Assembly: GCA_951406725.2 (NCBI GenBank)
Contig: OX597835.1
Coordinates: 31,620,001-31,684,000, forward strand
DNA from: Octopus vulgaris
Taxonomy: Eukaryota
Reading direction: 5' to 3'
Length of the DNA: 64,000 nucleotides
Part shown: positions 60,664 to 64,000 of the stretch, piece after piece
Layout of the letters: the number at the start of each line of letters is the position of its first letter
Numbering within the stretch: position 1 is the stretch's first letter
Notes under the pieces: model-generated
What the model saw: only the letters and a program-made list of their open reading frames with translations
Told to the model about the DNA's origin: nothing
The model's database searches: none
Program-made: the position numbers and the translations under genes

Positions 60664-60849
60664 CGTGTGTATGTATGTATATACATATGAATATATATAT
60701 ATATACGTATACGTATATATATCTATAAACACATGCACCGACGATAATATTCTTGTCTCAGATTAATAAATTTTTAATCTAGAAGAGTGTAACGTAACAC
60801 ATGAGATTAATGAAAAATCGCTTTAATTATAAATGAAAATGAAGCAAAT

Positions 60850-60895
<46 letters not shown>

Positions 60896-60953
60896 TTGTA
60901 AAAAAGAAGTTTGAAAACGCCACTATATTAGATAAATTTTAATTTTTTTATGA

Positions 60954-60998
60954 ATTTTACATGTTTCGGTTCTTGAAAAAACGAACCTTATCAAAAAT
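60954..60998 (-). ncRNA. Minimal hammerhead, U3-A8 variant (copy 1)
   Basis: Minus strand attt-TTGATAA-GGTTC(10 nt)GAACC-GAAA-CATG-TA-aaat. Confidence 0.7.
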
Positions 60999-61844
60999 AT
61001 TATAAAAGGTGCAACGGAAAAGTTCATAATCGTTTCTTACTTGTCTCAATAGAATCCATGTGGTGGTGTTTTGTCGGTAGTTAGTATAATCGCTATATTA
61101 CTGTTGAGTGTAGTGAAGAAGTCCATTATTGTTTCTTGCTGGTATCCAAAGGAACCGCTTTTTTGTTACCTTGTGTTCCAATGGTAGCAACAGTAGTGAT
61201 TGTTAGTTGTAGTAGTAGTAACCTGTGGCTGTTACTGTTGGTCGTAATTTTGGCAACCTTGGTGGTGGTTGGGGTTGTAGCAGTTAAGTTAAGCTGTGGC
61301 AGCAGCAGTAGCAGTAGTGGTCGGTTCACTGGCACTGCTCACCAGACGTATATATTTTGACCAAACTTCAACGAATACAAGGAAAAGACCTATATGTATC
61401 CTGTAAGGAAACCAACCAAGCAGAACGACAAGCTTGACCGTGAGTTGAAGAAAAACGTCATCAATTTTTTAACGAACCAAATCAGATCTGACCCATAACT
61501 GTATCCTGTAAGGAAACCAACCAAGTAGAACGACAAGCTTGACCACGGAAGAAAAAATTCATCAATTTTTTAACGAATCAAAATCAGATTGCTCGCAGAA
61601 AAAAATTTATAAATTCATCTTTCCCTAAAACATACCATATGCAAGCGGGAGTATGTTTAAAGATGTGTATGTAATATACATATGAATATATATATATATA
61701 CGTATACGTATATATATCTATAAACACATGCACCGACGATAATATTCTTGTCTCAGATTAATAAATTTTTAATCTAGAAGAGTGTAACGTAACACATGAG
61801 ATTAATGAAAAATCGCTTTAATTATAAATGAAAATGAAGCAAAT

Positions 61845-61892
<48 letters not shown>

Positions 61893-61950
61893 TTGTAAAA
61901 AAGAAGTTTGAAAACGCCACTATATTAGATAAATTTTAATTTTTTTATGA

Positions 61951-61995
61951 ATTTTACATGTTTCGGTTCTTGAAAAAACGAACCTTATCAAAAAT
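61951..61995 (-). ncRNA. Minimal hammerhead, U3-A8 variant (copy 2)
   Basis: Same motif as 60954-60998, in the second tandem unit. Confidence 0.7.
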
Positions 61996-62869
61996 ATTAT
62001 AAAAAGTGCAACGGAAAAGTTCATAATCGTTTCTTACTTGTCTCAATAGAATCCATGTGGTGGTGTTTTGTCGGTAGTTAGTATAATCGCTATATTACTG
62101 TTGAGTGTAGTGAAGAAGTCCATTATTGTTTCTTGCTGGTATCCAAAGGAACCGCTTTTTTGTTACCTTGTGTTCCAATGGTAGCAACAGTAGTGATTGT
62201 TAGTTGTAGTAGTAGTAACCTGTGGCTGTTACTGTTGGTCGTAATTTTGGCAACCTTGGTGGTGGTTGGGGTTGTAGCAGTTAAGCTGTGGCAGCAGCAG
62301 TAGCAGTAGTGGTCGGTTCTCTGGCACTGCTCACTGACGTCACATAATTCCAAACCAATCAAAACCAAACTTCAACGAATACAAGGAAAAGACCCATAAC
62401 TGTATCCTGTAAGGAAACCAACCAAGCAGAACGACAAGCTTGACCACGGAAGAAAAACGTCATCAATTTTTTAACGAACCAAATCAGATCTGACCCATAA
62501 CTGTATCCTGTAAGGAAACCAACCAAGCAGAACGACAAGCTTGACCACGGAAGAAAAACGTCATCAATTTTTTAACGAATCAAAATCAGATCTGCTCGCA
62601 GAAAAAAAAAATTTATAAATTCATCTTTCCCTAAAACATACCACTGCAAGCGGGAGTGACTGTTTAAAGATCTGAGAAATTGTAATTCCCCCACCTCCAC
62701 CCTTTTTTTACTATTTTAATTCTCACACTGTGGCCGTAGCAGCAATAGTAGTGACTACGGTGGTTGTAGTAGTAGTGCTGCTAGTGGAAGCAGTCGTAGT
62801 GGTCGTGGTGGTTGTAGTAGAATTTCATTTTTCCTTTTCGGAAGACCAATGTTTTGTTTTAATATTCCT

Positions 62870-63668
62870 GAACACCCTGAATAATAATATGATAAAGAAA
62901 TATAATAATAACAATAATAATGACAGTTTTAATAATAATAAGAAGGAAAATAAGAATAAAATTTGGTTAATAGTTCCTTATGGTGCTCAAGTTAAAACGA
63001 ACATTATTAAAGAGACTTTAGATATTATTGAACTATTTATTCGAGATAATCATAAATATAAAAACATTTTCTCTAGTAATAATTTTGGAGTAAGTTATTC
63101 CACCACTAATAGTGTAGGTAACATTATTTCTTCTTTTAACAAATTTAAACTGAATAATTTTTATAAAAATAAATTATATAATAATACCAATAATAAAGAT
63201 AAGACACTAATTAACTGTACATGTAGAGATAAAACTAAATGTAAATTAAATAATAAATGTGATATTAACGATGTAATGCATAAATGTATAGTTACATTAC
63301 ATGATGAGAATAATATTAATAATAATAACTCAAACGCGATATATATAGGGTCCACTTCCTCTAAAATAAAATTAAGAATCGCACAACATATGAATTCATT
63401 TAAAAATAAAAACTTAATTAACTCCACTGGACTTAGCAAGTACATTTGGGGACTTAAATCCCAAAATATTAATTATAATATATCTTGGGAAATAATTAGT
63501 AAAACTAAATCATATAGTATAGGAGCGAATTTTTGTTATTTATATTCTAATGAGTTTAAGGAAATTTTATTTTATAAGCATAATAATTTACTGAATATCT
63601 GTGATGAGCGCAAAATAAAATGCAGACACAAGTTACTTTACTTATATAATAATTTTTTTGATAAATAA
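62870..63668 (+). pseudogene. 5'-truncated PLE C-terminus: RT thumb end, Cys linker and GIY-YIG endonuclease
   Basis: IWLIVPY, CTCRDKTKCKLNNKC, IYIGSTSSKIKLRIAQHMNSF, LSKYIWGLK, ISWEII, KCRH; collinear with the 43612-44244 protein. Confidence 0.85.
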
Positions 63669-64000
63669 TGAATATTTCTTAGCCTTAATTAGCTCCCTAT
63701 TTGTTGTTTTATGTAATAGTATTCTAAATATAGCAGGTGATTTGTAGTACATATTATATTAGTTTATTTTAGTTATTTAGGTTCTGTTTTTAAGTATAGT
63801 TAGATTATATATAGTTGTTCATTTTATTACTAAATATTTTATTACTAAATATATTTTTCATAAATATTTAATGGTTTATTGAATATAGAGTTTGGTAAGT
63901 TACAATTTTATTTATTTTATATATTTTTTTATATATTTTGTTATATTTCTGTTATAACTTCGTTAAATTATAATTTTTGTTATATTAATCTATTTGTATG

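Larger units (their letters stand above)
60670..62670. repeat. ~1-kb tandem duplication with internal ~100-bp subrepeats
   Basis: 60670-61665 matches 61666-62670; subrepeat ...tgtatcctgtaaggaaaccaaccaag... occurs twice per unit. Confidence 0.9.

Overview
Eukaryotic, AT-rich, repeat-saturated DNA with no confidently identifiable host protein-coding gene. The extreme (TA)n/(CA)n/(AAT)n/(GATA)n load and the SINE families look like an Octopus-type cephalopod genome (inference). Most ORFs in the supplied track are microsatellite artefacts. Supported content: Penelope-like elements (a Neptune-type RT + GIY-YIG element at 42.2-44.6 kb, GIY-YIG fragments at 52.5 and 63 kb); LINE relics (CR1/L2-like, Tx1-like, RTE-like, R4-like); four tRNA-derived SINE families; mariner relics; a MITE with 8-bp TSDs and internal telomere-like repeats; a non-autonomous Helitron; and a probable solo LTR. 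The most striking signal is a set of minimal type I hammerhead ribozyme motifs, several with non-canonical cores (U3-A8 swap, C4). These include an ORF-less ~360-nt retrozyme-like unit with a head-to-tail junction (49.7-50.5 kb) and a tRNA-headed hammerhead element (24.2-24.6 kb). Two SINE-LINE shared-tail partnerships and microsatellite-associated Tx1 insertions are also visible. All alignments and folds were done by eye and boundaries are approximate.
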